Of a stretch of DNA of 64,000 bases, positions 1 through 11,289 are shown one piece after another. Numbering within the stretch: position 1 is the stretch's first letter; each line of letters begins with the position of its first letter. This stretch comes from Paracoccaceae bacterium (GTDB taxonomy: Bacteria; Pseudomonadota; Alphaproteobacteria; Rhodobacterales; Rhodobacteraceae): the NCBI GenBank assembly GCA_022448925.1, contig JAKVCP010000001.1, positions 6,456 through 70,455 of the forward strand, read 5' to 3'. The notes beneath the pieces were generated by a model, which was not told where the DNA came from, ran no database searches, and saw nothing but the letters and a program-made list of their open reading frames with translations. A program made the position numbers and the translations under genes.

Positions 1-1084
1 CACCAATGCCGAGGCGCTGCGTCGTGAATTGATCGAGCGCGGCTCGATCTTTCAAAGCTCTTCAGACAGCGAATGCATCATCCATTTGATGGCGCGCTCG
101 CTTCAGCGCAAGGTGCCTGACCGCATGATGGACGCCCTGCGCCGGGTCGAAGGCGCCTTTTCCGTGGTGGCGATGACACGGACAAAACTGATCGGGGTAC
201 GTGATCCGATGGGGGTGCGCCCCTTGGTGATTGGCCGCATCGGAGAGGGCTGGGCGCTGGCTTCGGAAACCTGTGCGCTGGACATCATCGGGGCCGAGTT
301 CGTCCGCGATGTCGAACCGGGTGAAATGGTTGTGATTGAGCATAACAAGATCAAAAGCCACCGACCGTTCATGCAGGCGACCTCGCGGTTCTGTATTTTT
401 GAACATGTCTATTTCAGCCGCCCCGATTCGATCATTGGCGGCCAATCGGTCTATGAAACGCGCCGCCAGATTGGGGTCGAACTGGCCCGCGAAGCCCCAA
501 TCGAGGCAGATCTGGTCTGCCCGGTCCCCGACAGTGGCACGCCTGCGGCAATCGGCTATGCCCATGAAAGCGGTATTCCTTTTGGCATGGGTATCATTCG
601 CAATCAGTACATGGGCCGAACCTTCATCGAGCCGACCGAGCAGATCCGCAACATGGGGGTGCGGCTCAAACTGAATGTGAACCGGGCGCTGATCCGGGGC
701 AAACGCGTGGTTCTGGTCGACGATTCAGTTGTGCGGGGCACCACCAGTCGCAAAATCAAGGAAATGATCCTCGACGCGGGCGCAGCCGAAGTGCATTTCC
801 GCATTGCCTCACCTCCGACAGCTTGGCCTTGCTTTTACGGTGTTGACACCCCCCAGCGTGAAAAACTTCTGGCAGCCACCATGTCCGAAGAGGAAATGCG
901 CGATCACCTGTCGGTGGACAGTCTGAAATTCATCACGCTTGACGGCCTGTACCGCGCTGTCGGCGAGGCCGAGGGACGTAAAAAGGACTGTCCGCAATAT
1001 TGCGATGCCTGCTTCTCGGGCGAGTATCCCGTAGCGCCGTCTGACATGATCGACAAAGGCTTTGAAATGCAGGCGGCGGAATAG
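1..1084 (+). CDS. purF: Amidophosphoribosyltransferase, C-terminal ~350 aa. The 5' end lies upstream of the window.
   Basis: The translation carries the PRTase-type motif (VLVDDSVVRGTTS) and the conserved PurF C-terminal region. The ORF runs to the window edge, so the annotated Met at 29 is internal. Confidence 0.85.
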   Translation, partial: TNAEALRRELIERGSIFQSSSDSECIIHLMARSLQRKVPDRMMDALRRVEGAFSVVAMTRTKLIGVRDPMGVRPLVIGRIGEGWALASETCALDIIGAEFVRDVEPGEMVVIEHNKIKSHRPFMQATSRFCIFEHVYFSRPDSIIGGQSVYETRRQIGVELAREAPIEADLVCPVPDSGTPAAIGYAHESGIPFGMGIIRNQYMGRTFIEPTEQIRNMGVRLKLNVNRALIRGKRVVLVDDSVVRGTTSRKIKEMILDAGAAEVHFRIASPPTAWPCFYGVDTPQREKLLAATMSEEEMRDHLSVDSLKFITLDGLYRAVGEAEGRKKDCPQYCDACFSGEYPVAPSDMIDKGFEMQAAE

Positions 1085-1596
1085 CTCTGGCTGATGCCTG
1101 ACAGATCGCCCGACCATATTGGGCTGTCCTCCTTTGGCGAAAGTTAGTCTCCGTTTTGCAAGAGTGTCCACCCGGTGTGCAGCCGCCTGGTCAGGCACAG
1201 GTTGGACCCCTTTGCCGGGCTGCAAGCGCCCCCCGGGTATACGTTCCAAAAATGGCTTGTGGCGCAATGATACTGGCCAGCGCCCGCCTGGCCAAAAGGC
1301 TCAAATATTGCAAACGGGCATGCGTGGACTGTTGCGCAGAACTTTGCAAGTTGTCCCGGCTGGCGATTGTTGCGCCTTTCAGCTTGGCAAAACAACGGTC
1401 ACTTGCCGAACGAGGCGTCACAGTGCCCCGAACACACGGGTCCAGATCCCGTGCCGGTCATGGCGCAGCCTGGATTGCGCATCCTGCATGACGCGCCCTG
1501 CAAACAGGCTGATGTTGACATTTGGCACATGACCGGTCACCAGATAAGCGCTAAGGTCGCGGTCTTTGGTGCAACGCAACTGACCGGCCTGCGGAC

Positions 1597-2157
1597 ATGA
1601 CCCTTTTGACCCTTGATGCCCGATGGCGGCGTTTCCACGACGAGACACGGATTGGTCCCGATGGGCAGCCGTTCAGCGGTATCTTTGACATCGGGTTCGA
1701 CCACCCCGACAGCTGGCGCCACGGCCCGCTGCGGGGGGCTGGCACATCCGAGCTTCAGATCGGCGAGGACAAGCTGTCTGCCGATCTGTGCAAACTCGGC
1801 GAGGATCGCTTTGTCTGCGCCATGCTTCACCTGCCGGTGCGCGGCGCGGATGAAAGCGTTGCCCTTGCGGTCTGGGTCCAGATCCCATCCGAGGCGTTTT
1901 ATGCCTACATCGACTTCGCAACCGGCACGGCGCCGGACTTCCCCACCTGCGAGAGCCTGCTTGTGAACGCCCTGCCCGGCTTTGGTGGTGACGTTCCCTG
2001 CACGCTGAACGAGGGCGCAGAGGGCGAACGGCCCATCTTGATAGCTCAGGACGGGCCGCTGAAAGCGGCGCAAGAGGATGGGATCTCGTTTGACGATCTG
2101 CTGGACCTCTACGCGGGATGCGGGCAGGATGTCCGCCCGCATCTGATGGCGGATTAG
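1597..2157 (+). CDS. Hypothetical protein, DUF2199-like
   Basis: 186-aa ORF with high third-position GC in this frame. The overlapping antisense ORFs look like GC-frame artefacts. Confidence 0.45.
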   Translation: MTLLTLDARWRRFHDETRIGPDGQPFSGIFDIGFDHPDSWRHGPLRGAGTSELQIGEDKLSADLCKLGEDRFVCAMLHLPVRGADESVALAVWVQIPSEAFYAYIDFATGTAPDFPTCESLLVNALPGFGGDVPCTLNEGAEGERPILIAQDGPLKAAQEDGISFDDLLDLYAGCGQDVRPHLMAD

Positions 2158-3731
2158 CCGTGCTTCAGGACATAATCGACCAGCGCCTTGGTTGATCCGT
2201 CTTTGCTCTCCGTCGGGGCCTCTCCGGTCACCAGCGGACCCAGAGCGGTTGCCAGTTCCTTGCCCAACTCAACGCCCCATTGGTCGTATGAGTTGATGCC
2301 CAGGATCACGCCTTCGACGAAGACGCGGTGTTCATAGAGCGCCACGATTTGGCCCAGCACCTGCGGTGTCAGCTGCGGATAGATCAGCGTGGTTGAGGGA
2401 CGGTTGCCGGGGAAGACGCGGTGGCGGGCCTGCCGTTCAAGCTCTGCGCCTTCGAACTTGCCCGCGACCTTGGCGCGGGCCTCGTCCAGCGTGCGACCGC
2501 GCATCAGCGCCTCGGACTGGGCCAGGCAATTGGCCACCAGCAGCGCATGGTGATGGGCCAGATCGGGCTCGTGCCCCCGTGCCGCCAGCAGAAACTCGCA
2601 AGGCACCACGCGGGTGCCCTGGTGGATCAACTGATAGAAGGCATGTTGGCCGTTTGTGCCGGGTTCGCCCCAGACAATCGGGCCAGAGCCGACCGCCAGG
2701 TCCGCGCCGTCCATGGACACGCCCTTGCCGTTCGATTCCATCTCCAACTGCTGCAGATAGGCCGGCAGGCGCATCAGGCGGTTGTCATAGGGCAGCACGG
2801 CGCGGGTGGCGTGGCCCAGAACCTGCGCGTGCCACATGCCGACCATGGCCAGCAACACCGGCATGTTTTCTGCCAAAGGCGCGGTCTGGAAATGGCGGTC
2901 CATCTCCATTCCGCCCTGCAAAAAGGCGCGGAAGTTGGCAGGGCCAACGGCAATCATCACGCTTAGCCCGATCGGCCCCCAAACGGAATAGCGTCCCCCA
3001 ACCCAGTCTTCAAAACCCAAAACGCGCTCGGCTGGAATACCGAATTCGGCCGCTTTTTCCTTGTTCGAGCTCAGGGCGACAAAGCGGCCCTCTTTCGAGA
3101 CGCCGGCGGACTCAAGCCAAGCCAGCGCAGAGCGCGCGTTGGTCATCGTCTCGATGGTTGTGAACGTCTTGGAGGCGACAATGAACAGTGTTCTGGCCGG
3201 GTCGCATCGCTTGAGCGTGTCGTGAATGTCAGCGCCATCCACATTGGAAACAAACACCGTTTCGGGGCCATCATGGTAGGGTGCAAGCGACAGAACGGCC
3301 ATGACCGGCCCCAGGTCGGACCCGCCGATGCCGATGTTCACAACATGATCGATATCGCCTGCGCGAATTTCATTGGCCAGTGTTTCCATGCGATCAAGCG
3401 TTGCCAGGACTGCAGGGGTGACATCCGCCCCGTCCACCATGACCGGACGCCCGTCAAGATTGCGCAGCGCTGTGTGCAACACGGCACGCCCTTCGGTTTC
3501 GTTGATCTTGGCCCCGTCAAACATCGCGGTGCGGCGTGCCTCAACGCCAGAAGCCTTGGCAACGGCAATAAGATCCGCCAGAATATCGCTATCAATCTGC
3601 GTCTTCGAGAAATCAAAGCGCATGCCTAGGGCATCAAGGCTGAAGTCCTGGGCCCGATTGCCCTGCGCAAAAAGATCTTCGATGCGACGCTCGCCCAGAT
3701 CCGCAGCGCGATGTTTCAACGTATCCCACAT
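2154..3731 (-). CDS. pgi: Glucose-6-phosphate isomerase
   Basis: PGI signatures (GGRYSVWGPIG; EGRAVLHTALRN). 525 aa. Confidence 0.9.
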   Translation of the reverse strand: MWDTLKHRAADLGERRIEDLFAQGNRAQDFSLDALGMRFDFSKTQIDSDILADLIAVAKASGVEARRTAMFDGAKINETEGRAVLHTALRNLDGRPVMVDGADVTPAVLATLDRMETLANEIRAGDIDHVVNIGIGGSDLGPVMAVLSLAPYHDGPETVFVSNVDGADIHDTLKRCDPARTLFIVASKTFTTIETMTNARSALAWLESAGVSKEGRFVALSSNKEKAAEFGIPAERVLGFEDWVGGRYSVWGPIGLSVMIAVGPANFRAFLQGGMEMDRHFQTAPLAENMPVLLAMVGMWHAQVLGHATRAVLPYDNRLMRLPAYLQQLEMESNGKGVSMDGADLAVGSGPIVWGEPGTNGQHAFYQLIHQGTRVVPCEFLLAARGHEPDLAHHHALLVANCLAQSEALMRGRTLDEARAKVAGKFEGAELERQARHRVFPGNRPSTTLIYPQLTPQVLGQIVALYEHRVFVEGVILGINSYDQWGVELGKELATALGPLVTGEAPTESKDGSTKALVDYVLKHG

Positions 3732-3740
3732 GTGTTTTGC

Positions 3741-4418
3741 CTATTCTGCCCAATGAATTGTCGCGCCATCGAGAACCGACAGCACGGGCGCCTCAGCATG
3801 CGAGAAATTTCGCCCCGCCTCAAGCGCGTCGCGCTTTTCCTGACCGAAGATTACGACATGTTTGCGAAGAGCGCCGTTCAAAACGCGGGCAGACAGGGTG
3901 ATCCGCGGCTCTGGCGCCCCCGGAGCGCGCATCGGCAGCAGGATAGGTGCCTTTGCATCCAGCGCATCATCCAGCCGATCGGCACCGGGAAAAATCGAGG
4001 CCGTATGCAGATCCGCCCCCATCCCCAAAAGCACGACGCCAAGGGGCAACGCGGGTGCAATGGCAGCCTCCAGCGCCTCCAGCCTGTCTTCGGGATGGTC
4101 AGCCGGCGCATAAAGAGGCAACAGGCGCGCCTCGGCGGCGCGATTGACCAACAGGCGTTGCCGCAGCAACCGCGTGTTCGAGCGATCGCTGTCGCCCGGA
4201 ACCCAGCGTTCGTCCGTCAACAGCACATCCGTCCTGTCCCAGGGCAGATCGGCCGCGCAAAGATGATCAAAAATCGGCCCCGGTGTGGTGCCCCCGGGCA
4301 CGGCAAAGGCGACGCGTTCCCGGTGGTCCAGCGCCTGCGACAGATCACCGGCCAGCTGGTTGGCCAAATTGATGACCAGCATCTCGCGGTCTGGGTAATC
4401 TTGGAACTCGTATGTCAT
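3741..4418 (-). CDS. pgl: 6-phosphogluconolactonase
   Basis: 225-aa DevB/Pgl-like sequence lying between zwf and pgi. Confidence 0.8.
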   Translation of the reverse strand: MTYEFQDYPDREMLVINLANQLAGDLSQALDHRERVAFAVPGGTTPGPIFDHLCAADLPWDRTDVLLTDERWVPGDSDRSNTRLLRQRLLVNRAAEARLLPLYAPADHPEDRLEALEAAIAPALPLGVVLLGMGADLHTASIFPGADRLDDALDAKAPILLPMRAPGAPEPRITLSARVLNGALRKHVVIFGQEKRDALEAGRNFSHAEAPVLSVLDGATIHWAE

Positions 4419-5956
4419 GTGCGAATGTCTCTCCAGCGGCGCCCGTCGCGGTGTAACAACATCAGCGCATCGTCGGGACCGGCGCTGCCACTGTCGTAGG
4501 GCTTGGGCACCTCGCCGCGCTTTTCCCAGCCCTGGATGATCGGATCCGTCCAGGCCCAGGCAGCCTCGACCTCATCGCCGCGCATGAACAGTGTCTGATT
4601 GCCCCGGATCACGTCCATGATCAGCCGCTCATAGGCGTCCGGAACATCTTCGGCATCTGGACCTAACGCCTCGGCAAAGGACATATCAAGGGGCACATCC
4701 ACCAGACGCATGCCACCGGGACCAGGTTCCTTGATGGTCACCCCAAGGGTGATGCCCTCGTTCGGCTGCAATCTGATCGTCAGGATATTGCGATGGCCGC
4801 CTGCCTCGTCACCAAAGATCGAATGCGGGGTTTCCTTGAACACCACGGCAATTTCGCTGGTCCGCGCACGCAACCGCTTTCCAGTGCGCAGATAAAACGG
4901 CGTTCCAGCCCAGCGCCAGTTTGAAACATGCACCTTCATTGCCACGTAGCTTTCCGTGGTCGAGCGCGGGTTTTCGGCGTGCTCCCGATAGCTGGGCTGC
5001 TCTGACGACGCGTCATACTGGCCGCGTACGATTTGATGGTAGTCCACCGGTTCAAGCGCCCGGATCACCTTCAGCTTTTCATCCCGCACCGCGTCGGGAT
5101 CAAACTTTGAGGGTGGTTCCATCGCGATCAGGCAAAGCAGCTGCATCAGATGGTTTTGCACCATGTCCCGCATCGCGCCCGACTTGTCGTAATAACCGCC
5201 ACGACCATCCACCCCCACGGTTTCTGCAACGGTGATCTGAATGTGGTCGACGTACTGGGCATTCCAGAGAGGTTCAAACAGCATGTTCCCGAAGCGGACT
5301 GCCATAAGGTTCTGAACTGTCTCTTTGCCAAGATAGTGGTCGATGCGATAAATCTGATCTTCACGGAAATGCTTGGCCAGTTCGGCATTCAGCGCTTTGG
5401 CTGACGCCAGATCGCGGCCAAAGGGCTTTTCAACGACCACGCGGCTGGCATCGGTGATCAGACCAAACTGGTGCAGGCGCTCGGCCAGATCACCAAACAA
5501 CCCCGGCCCGACCGAAAAGTAGAAAGCGCGCACAACACCATCACGAAGCTGCGCACCCAATTCGGGCCATCCACCTTCGCCACGGGCATCGGTGGTGACA
5601 TAACTGATGCGTGACAGAAAACCGTCAAGCTGTTCGGCCTCAGCCCTGATGTCCTTGCCGAACTGGGCAATTGCCTCTTTCACGGCAGCCCGATATCCGG
5701 CTGCATCCATCCGAGAGCGGGCCGCCCCGATGATTCTGGCATCCGAGGGCATCTGTCCTGCGCACCAACGGCGAAACAGTCCCGGCAATATCTTGCGACG
5801 GGCCAGATCGCCTGTGCCGCCAAAGATGACCAGATCAAAAGGGTCTACTGGAATCACGCGCGAGACCATGGCGATTATGTCCTTTGTGTCGAAGTCGGCC
5901 GAATTCTCGGCATTCGTTAGCGCTAACGGCACTTTCCTACTCCAGCTCACTGACAA
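4415..5956 (-). CDS. zwf: Glucose-6-phosphate 1-dehydrogenase
   Basis: G6PD motifs (GGTGDLA; DHYLGKE; RIDHYLGKETVQN). 4-nt overlap with pgl points to an operon. Confidence 0.92.
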   Translation of the reverse strand: MSVSWSRKVPLALTNAENSADFDTKDIIAMVSRVIPVDPFDLVIFGGTGDLARRKILPGLFRRWCAGQMPSDARIIGAARSRMDAAGYRAAVKEAIAQFGKDIRAEAEQLDGFLSRISYVTTDARGEGGWPELGAQLRDGVVRAFYFSVGPGLFGDLAERLHQFGLITDASRVVVEKPFGRDLASAKALNAELAKHFREDQIYRIDHYLGKETVQNLMAVRFGNMLFEPLWNAQYVDHIQITVAETVGVDGRGGYYDKSGAMRDMVQNHLMQLLCLIAMEPPSKFDPDAVRDEKLKVIRALEPVDYHQIVRGQYDASSEQPSYREHAENPRSTTESYVAMKVHVSNWRWAGTPFYLRTGKRLRARTSEIAVVFKETPHSIFGDEAGGHRNILTIRLQPNEGITLGVTIKEPGPGGMRLVDVPLDMSFAEALGPDAEDVPDAYERLIMDVIRGNQTLFMRGDEVEAAWAWTDPIIQGWEKRGEVPKPYDSGSAGPDDALMLLHRDGRRWRDIRT

Positions 5957-6046
5957 TGTCCAATGCGCTCTTTACGCATCACAATGGCGTCATGCCAACT
6001 GTCCCTCACTGGCCACAATCGCGCACGACCGGTACCACTTGGTGAG

Positions 6047-7024
6047 ATGATACAGACAAGTGAACCGTTGATGAAAGACCAAGCACCAGCCCCGGCCAAC
6101 GCCCTGAAATTTACGGACCCCGCTCTGACAGCCAAGGGCGAGCCAAGGGCCACCGTTTCGCTGACGAATCCGCAGACACTGTGGTTCAACACGGGAACGC
6201 TGTGCAACATCGAATGTGCCAATTGCTACATCGAAAGTTCACCAAGGAACGATCGATTGGTCTACATCACGACAGAGGACGTATCTGACTACCTCGATCA
6301 GCTTGAAACACGCAAATGGGGCGTCCACGAGATCGGCTTCACCGGCGGCGAACCATTCATGAATCCGCAGATGATCGACATGGCCGACCGCTGCCTGCAA
6401 CGCGGATATGCGGTTTTGATCCTGACCAACGCAATGCGCCCCATGATGCGCCGATCCGTGCGTGACCGGCTTGAAAACCTGCACGCGCGATTTGGCACCA
6501 GGCTAACGCTGCGCATTTCAGTTGATCACCACTCGGCCGAGCTGCACGATACAGAACGCGGCAAAGGCACTTTTGAGCGCACGCTGGAGGGCATGCGCTG
6601 GCTGCGGGATATCGGCATGCAGATGGCTGTTGCCGGACGCACCGTCTGGGGCGAAACGGACGCCGAAGCCCGCGCCGGCTATGCTGCGCTTTTCGCGCGC
6701 GAAGGCTTTGAGATTGACGCCGCGAACCCAGTGCAGACGATGCTCTTTCCCGAAATGGACACCACGGTTGAGGTGCCCGAGATCACGACCGCCTGCTGGG
6801 GCATCCTGGGCAAGTCCCCCTCTGAGGTGATGTGCGCCTCGTCCCGCATGGTGGTAAAACGCAAAGGGGCGGCACGTCCAAGCGTTCTGGCCTGCACCCT
6901 TTTGCCCTATGATCCGGAATTTGAGCTTGGCAAAACCCTGGAGGAGGCCGAACAGCCCGTGGCTCTGAACCATCCGCACTGCGCGAAATTCTGTGTGCTT
7001 GGCGGCGCAAGCTGTTCGGCTTGA
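6047..7024 (+). CDS. Radical SAM family protein
   Basis: CNIECANCY (CxxxCxxC) cluster near the N-terminus, with GGEPF downstream. Start chosen at the internal Met (MIQTSEP). The track start at 5963 would overlap the divergent zwf start. Confidence 0.7.
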   Translation: MIQTSEPLMKDQAPAPANALKFTDPALTAKGEPRATVSLTNPQTLWFNTGTLCNIECANCYIESSPRNDRLVYITTEDVSDYLDQLETRKWGVHEIGFTGGEPFMNPQMIDMADRCLQRGYAVLILTNAMRPMMRRSVRDRLENLHARFGTRLTLRISVDHHSAELHDTERGKGTFERTLEGMRWLRDIGMQMAVAGRTVWGETDAEARAGYAALFAREGFEIDAANPVQTMLFPEMDTTVEVPEITTACWGILGKSPSEVMCASSRMVVKRKGAARPSVLACTLLPYDPEFELGKTLEEAEQPVALNHPHCAKFCVLGGASCSA

Positions 7025-7534
7025 GAGGGGCTTGACCCAAAAAATGCGCCGACACCAAGCGCATGACACTCGCAGGTTTGGCTAGCGACGCAAGCGGGTT
7101 GCCCAAGGTGTGACGCACTCTGCGTTACCGGAGGTCAGAAATCGCGCGTTGCTGGCCTCTTTTTTCAAGGTATTGATCTGTGCAATTTGATGTCAAAGGC
7201 GACGTCGGATCAGCCGGAAGAGCGGGGGTCCACAGTCCCGATCTATGACCACCAGGAAGGGAGCCCACAGAACAATCAGGGGCAAACGCCCGGACAAAAC
7301 TGAAAGCGAGGGCTGCAAAAGGAGACGCCATAAAATGCCCCCCTTGCGCGTCCAGACCTTTCTCGGACACGCCACAACCGTGGGAGGCAAACACCGTGGA
7401 CTATCGCAATTGTTGTCTGGCAACACGCCATTGAAAAAACGTTCAGCCCAAATCTGCCCTTGCGGCAGGCCGCAGAGAATGACGATATCGCGCCGATTGT
7501 GTCTGATGACATGCGCACCGGTAGTGGCCGCGTT

Positions 7535-8110
7535 TTATCTGGCTTTGTGGTTGGCGCGCAGACGGCTCATTGTAACCGGCGTCATCCCTAAAAACGATGC
7601 AATCAATGTATGAGGAAAGATGTCTTCATAGCCCGGAAATGCGTGGCGAAACCACGTGAGCCGATCGGCCCCGCCACATGCGGCGAGGCACCACTCTCGA
7701 TCGGCTTTCCTGCTCAACGCCTCTCGCAGAACGCCATTGGCCCAATTTCGGACGGCCTCTGACGAAATCATCCGTTTCGACAGCATATCGCTGTCAATCC
7801 GCGCCAGTACGGAATCGGTCGTTGCCACAATGGACACAAGCGACAAACCTTTGCGCGTTCGCGCGATATTTGGCGTCACAACACAGGGACCCACATATAA
7901 ACCGACGCACACTTCTCTGCCGTCCTGGTCACAAATGCTGCTTGCCAAGCAGCCTTCCAAAAGCATGAATTCATCTGTTGAGGACAGGTCCTGGCGGGTG
8001 AGATGCGCCCCTTTCTTGAGGCGCTGACCTGTCCAGTCTGATGCAAAATCATCCGCCAAAGCCATGTCTGAAAAGTCTGGCGTACGCATCAGTAAACTTC
8101 GTAGATCCAT
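7535..8110 (-). CDS. Crp/Fnr-family transcriptional regulator (cNMP-binding-like domain + C-terminal HTH)
   Basis: The C-terminal HTH (TLIASFLGMTPVTMSRL) and the fold pattern resemble Crp/Fnr. Start trimmed to the internal Met so it does not overlap the divergent gene at 8188. Confidence 0.45.
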   Translation of the reverse strand: MDLRSLLMRTPDFSDMALADDFASDWTGQRLKKGAHLTRQDLSSTDEFMLLEGCLASSICDQDGREVCVGLYVGPCVVTPNIARTRKGLSLVSIVATTDSVLARIDSDMLSKRMISSEAVRNWANGVLREALSRKADREWCLAACGGADRLTWFRHAFPGYEDIFPHTLIASFLGMTPVTMSRLRANHKAR

Positions 8111-8187
8111 CTTCGCTTGCCTTATCAAATGATAATGCGGGTCAAACCTTTTGTGGGCATGTGTGGCACAGGTCAAGGAGTTTACAA

Positions 8188-8736
8188 ATGACAAATGGAA
8201 TTCTGGCAAATCACATTGGAATAATTGCAATCGGCTCAGGTTTGATCGCAGCGTCAATCTATTGGCTGATGATGAGCGTCACGATCGCGCATATCGAAGC
8301 GATCTCTGGACTGGTCCCATTCGACATGCGCCCGGCCGGCTATGGCCCCACACAGGCAGCAGCACTTCTGGACGCCCTGGGGGTCGAGGGGCGCGCGTAT
8401 TACCTTAGTCACCAGCTCACTTTGGACACGCTTTATCCAGCGATGCTTGCAGTGACACTGATTGCCACGATCTGCTGGCTTGGGCAGCACAGGCCCGACA
8501 AGAGATTTATCCGCATTGGCATCGCCCTTTCCGGTGCCAGCGCCCTGTTCGACTATGCCGAAAACCTCGGCATCATGACCATGATCTGGAGCTGGCCAGG
8601 TGTTTTTGGACCATTGGTATATGCCGCCAGCTCAGCCACAATTCTAAAATCCATCTCGACAACCTTGGCTGTGCTGCTGGTCCTGTTTTTGGGCTTTCAT
8701 CGGGCACGGCACCCAAAAGCGACCCGTCCTTTATAG
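8188..8736 (+). CDS. Hypothetical integral membrane protein
   Basis: Multiple hydrophobic helices. A strong SD (AAGGAG) sits 8 nt upstream of the ATG at 8188. Confidence 0.5.
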   Translation: MTNGILANHIGIIAIGSGLIAASIYWLMMSVTIAHIEAISGLVPFDMRPAGYGPTQAAALLDALGVEGRAYYLSHQLTLDTLYPAMLAVTLIATICWLGQHRPDKRFIRIGIALSGASALFDYAENLGIMTMIWSWPGVFGPLVYAASSATILKSISTTLAVLLVLFLGFHRARHPKATRPL

Positions 8737-8810
8737 TCGGGCAACGACAGCTTCCCCCGCATCGCAGACCTCAGTGCAAAGTGCAGCGGGTCTCCGAAAG
8801 CAGGGATTCC

Positions 8811-9905
8811 TCATCTTGCCGGGCTGATCTGCCCGCCTCCGACGGCGGCGGATACGCCGGTGGTTGCCGGACAAGAGGTGGTCAATCCCCGTGCCACACG
8901 CACTGCCAGAAAGGCAAAAGCCTGCGCTTCCAGCATGTCGCCGTCAAGCCCGGCCGCCTCTACCGGGTGAACCGGGCAATCCAGACCGGCTGACAACATG
9001 CGCATCATCACGGGATTCAAGCGGCCTCCGCCGGTGACCAGAACCTGCCGTGGCGGCGCAGGGCAGTGTTCAATGCCCAGCATCACAGCTGTCGCCGCCA
9101 TCGCCGTCATCGTGGCTGCAGCATCGGCGTCATTCAGCTCGCGCACAAGGTCAAGCATCACTGCAAAGTCATTTCTGTCCAGAGATTTAGGAGGTATCTT
9201 TCGAAAGTAGGCCTCATCGAGGAAAAGTTCGAGAGCACCGTCTTCAACCCTGCCCGTTGCGGCCAAAGCCCCACCTGTGTCCATCGGCGCCCCCAGGCGC
9301 GCCTGCATCAGGTCATTGAGGGGCGCGTTCGCCGGACCGGTGTCAAAGGCCAGCAAAGCGCCAGGCGCATCCGGTGCAGGTTTGGCGGGGTCGATCCAGG
9401 TCAGGTTCCCGACACCGCCAAGATTCAGGAAGACAACCGGCTCTGTCGCCCGCATCCATCTGGCACAGGCAAAGTGGAAAAACGGCGCGAGCGGCGCGCC
9501 CTGGCCACCCAGGCTGACATCATTGCTGCGGAAGTCCCAGACCACAGGCACCCCCAGTCGCTGGGCCAGTGCGTCCCCATCGCCCAGTTGGTGCGTGCCC
9601 CGGCCCTGCGGGTCATGCGCGAGTGTCTGGCCATGAAATCCGACCAGATCCACGTCATCAAAGCTGTGCAGGATCTCTGCGTGCGCGGCTTGAACGACCT
9701 CAAGAGCCTCGTGCAGGTCCTCATCTTGCCATTTGCCCAAAGCCGCGTGCAACGTCGCACGCTCTGCCGATGAATAGGCGCGATAGGTCGAGGGCCCAAA
9801 GCTGATGATGTCGTCTCCGTCGGTTTCCAGAACTGCCGCGTCGACCCCATCCAGCGACGTGCCTGACATCGCCCCAAGCGCCCGTATCCGCCCACCTTTC
9901 AACAT
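8811..9905 (-). CDS. anmK: Anhydro-N-acetylmuramic acid kinase
   Basis: N-terminal [12 protein letters not shown] matches the AnmK motif. 364 aa. Confidence 0.85.
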   Translation of the reverse strand: MLKGGRIRALGAMSGTSLDGVDAAVLETDGDDIISFGPSTYRAYSSAERATLHAALGKWQDEDLHEALEVVQAAHAEILHSFDDVDLVGFHGQTLAHDPQGRGTHQLGDGDALAQRLGVPVVWDFRSNDVSLGGQGAPLAPFFHFACARWMRATEPVVFLNLGGVGNLTWIDPAKPAPDAPGALLAFDTGPANAPLNDLMQARLGAPMDTGGALAATGRVEDGALELFLDEAYFRKIPPKSLDRNDFAVMLDLVRELNDADAAATMTAMAATAVMLGIEHCPAPPRQVLVTGGGRLNPVMMRMLSAGLDCPVHPVEAAGLDGDMLEAQAFAFLAVRVARGLTTSCPATTGVSAAVGGGQISPAR

Positions 9906-9967
9906 GCCCTTTTCCTTTGCCCGATGCCGCCTTATAGCCTTGCGTCACAGTGTAAAGGGGACAGACC

Positions 9968-11221
9968 ATGACCTACCATCCCAAATCGGACTTCATGCGC
10001 GTCATGATGGAGCGCGGCTACCTGGCCGACTGCACCGATTACCAGGGCCTGGATGACGCTCTGACCAACGGGGTGGTGCCGGGTTATATTGGCTTTGATG
10101 CCACGGCAACCTCATTGCATGTCGGATCGCTGATCCAGATCATGATGCTGCGCTGGCTGCAGAAAACCGGGCACAAGCCGATCACGCTGATGGGAGGCGG
10201 CACCACAAAGGTCGGAGACCCGTCTTTTCGGGCCGACGAGCGCCCACTGCTGACGGCCGCACAGATCGACAGCAACATCGACGGGATCCAAAAGGTCTTT
10301 GCAAAGTACCTCGACTATGACGACAGTCCAACCGGCGCGTTGATGTTGAACAATGCCGAATGGCTGGACGACCTGAACTATCTGGCGTTTCTGAGGGACA
10401 TCGGTCGCCATTTTTCGGTTAACCGGATGCTTTCATTCGAAAGTGTCAAATCCCGGCTTGATCGGGAACAGTCGCTGTCGTTCCTCGAGTTCAATTACAT
10501 GATCCTGCAGGCCTATGACTTTCTGGAACTGAACCGCCGTTATGGTTGCCTGGTTCAGTTCGGCGGATCGGACCAGTGGGGCAACATTGTCAATGGCATT
10601 GATCTCACGCGTCGGGTGCTGGATCATAGCATCTTTGGACTTACTTCGCCTTTGCTGACCACGTCTGACGGCAAGAAAATGGGCAAATCCCAGGATGGTG
10701 CGGTCTGGCTGAATGCCGATATGAGATCACCTTACGAATTCTGGCAATTCTGGCGCAACACCACTGATGCGGATGTTGGGCGCTTCCTGAAGCTATATAC
10801 CGAACTGCCAGTAGAGGAATGCGACCGCCTGGGCGCATTGGCTGGATCAGAGATCAACGACGCCAAGGTAATCCTGGCAAATGAAGTCACCACGCTTTGC
10901 CATGGCGCAGAGGCAGCACAGGCAGCCCAAGCCACTGCACGCGATGTCTTTGAAAACGGGGGCATCGGAAACGATCTGCCAACTCTGGCACTTAGTGCGG
11001 AAGAACTTGGTGACGGGATTTCGGTTGTCCAGGCCTTGGTCAAATCGGGGTTGGCCAAATCCGGGAAAGAAGCCAAGCGTCTGATTGCCGAACACGGCGC
11101 ACGGATCGACGATGCCCCGCTGACCGATGCCGGACTGATGCTGGACGCCCATGCGCTGGCCTCGCCGGTGAAATTGAGTGCGGGTAAAAAGCGGCATGCC
11201 TTGGTCAAATTGGCAAGTTGA
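9968..11221 (+). CDS. tyrS: Tyrosine--tRNA ligase
   Basis: Class I aaRS HIGH-like (ATSLHVGS) and KMSKS-like (KKMGKS) motifs. 417 aa. Confidence 0.92.
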   Translation: MTYHPKSDFMRVMMERGYLADCTDYQGLDDALTNGVVPGYIGFDATATSLHVGSLIQIMMLRWLQKTGHKPITLMGGGTTKVGDPSFRADERPLLTAAQIDSNIDGIQKVFAKYLDYDDSPTGALMLNNAEWLDDLNYLAFLRDIGRHFSVNRMLSFESVKSRLDREQSLSFLEFNYMILQAYDFLELNRRYGCLVQFGGSDQWGNIVNGIDLTRRVLDHSIFGLTSPLLTTSDGKKMGKSQDGAVWLNADMRSPYEFWQFWRNTTDADVGRFLKLYTELPVEECDRLGALAGSEINDAKVILANEVTTLCHGAEAAQAAQATARDVFENGGIGNDLPTLALSAEELGDGISVVQALVKSGLAKSGKEAKRLIAEHGARIDDAPLTDAGLMLDAHALASPVKLSAGKKRHALVKLAS

Positions 11222-11253
11222 ACCGCTGATTTGAGTATTTTGGGAAAGATGAA

Positions 11254-11289
11254 GGGGTTGGAGGCACATGTGGTTTCAGCCCCTTTTTT
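11254..11289 (+). terminator. Putative intrinsic terminator downstream of tyrS
   Basis: Imperfect GC-rich hairpin (GGGGTTGGAGGCACATGTGGTTTCAGCCCC) followed by TTTTTT. Confidence 0.5.

Noticed and set aside
2366-3163. Long antisense or alternative-frame ORFs overlapping confirmed genes. Examples: 2366-3163 and 2421-2966 inside pgi; 23320-24057 inside pdhC; 44693-45064 and 45229-45741 inside fabF; 57580-58775 inside the S8 gene.
   Set aside because: They are typical high-GC frame artefacts. Their translations are Arg/Pro/Ala-rich, they lack third-position GC bias and show no motif content, while the opposite-strand genes have clear family signatures.
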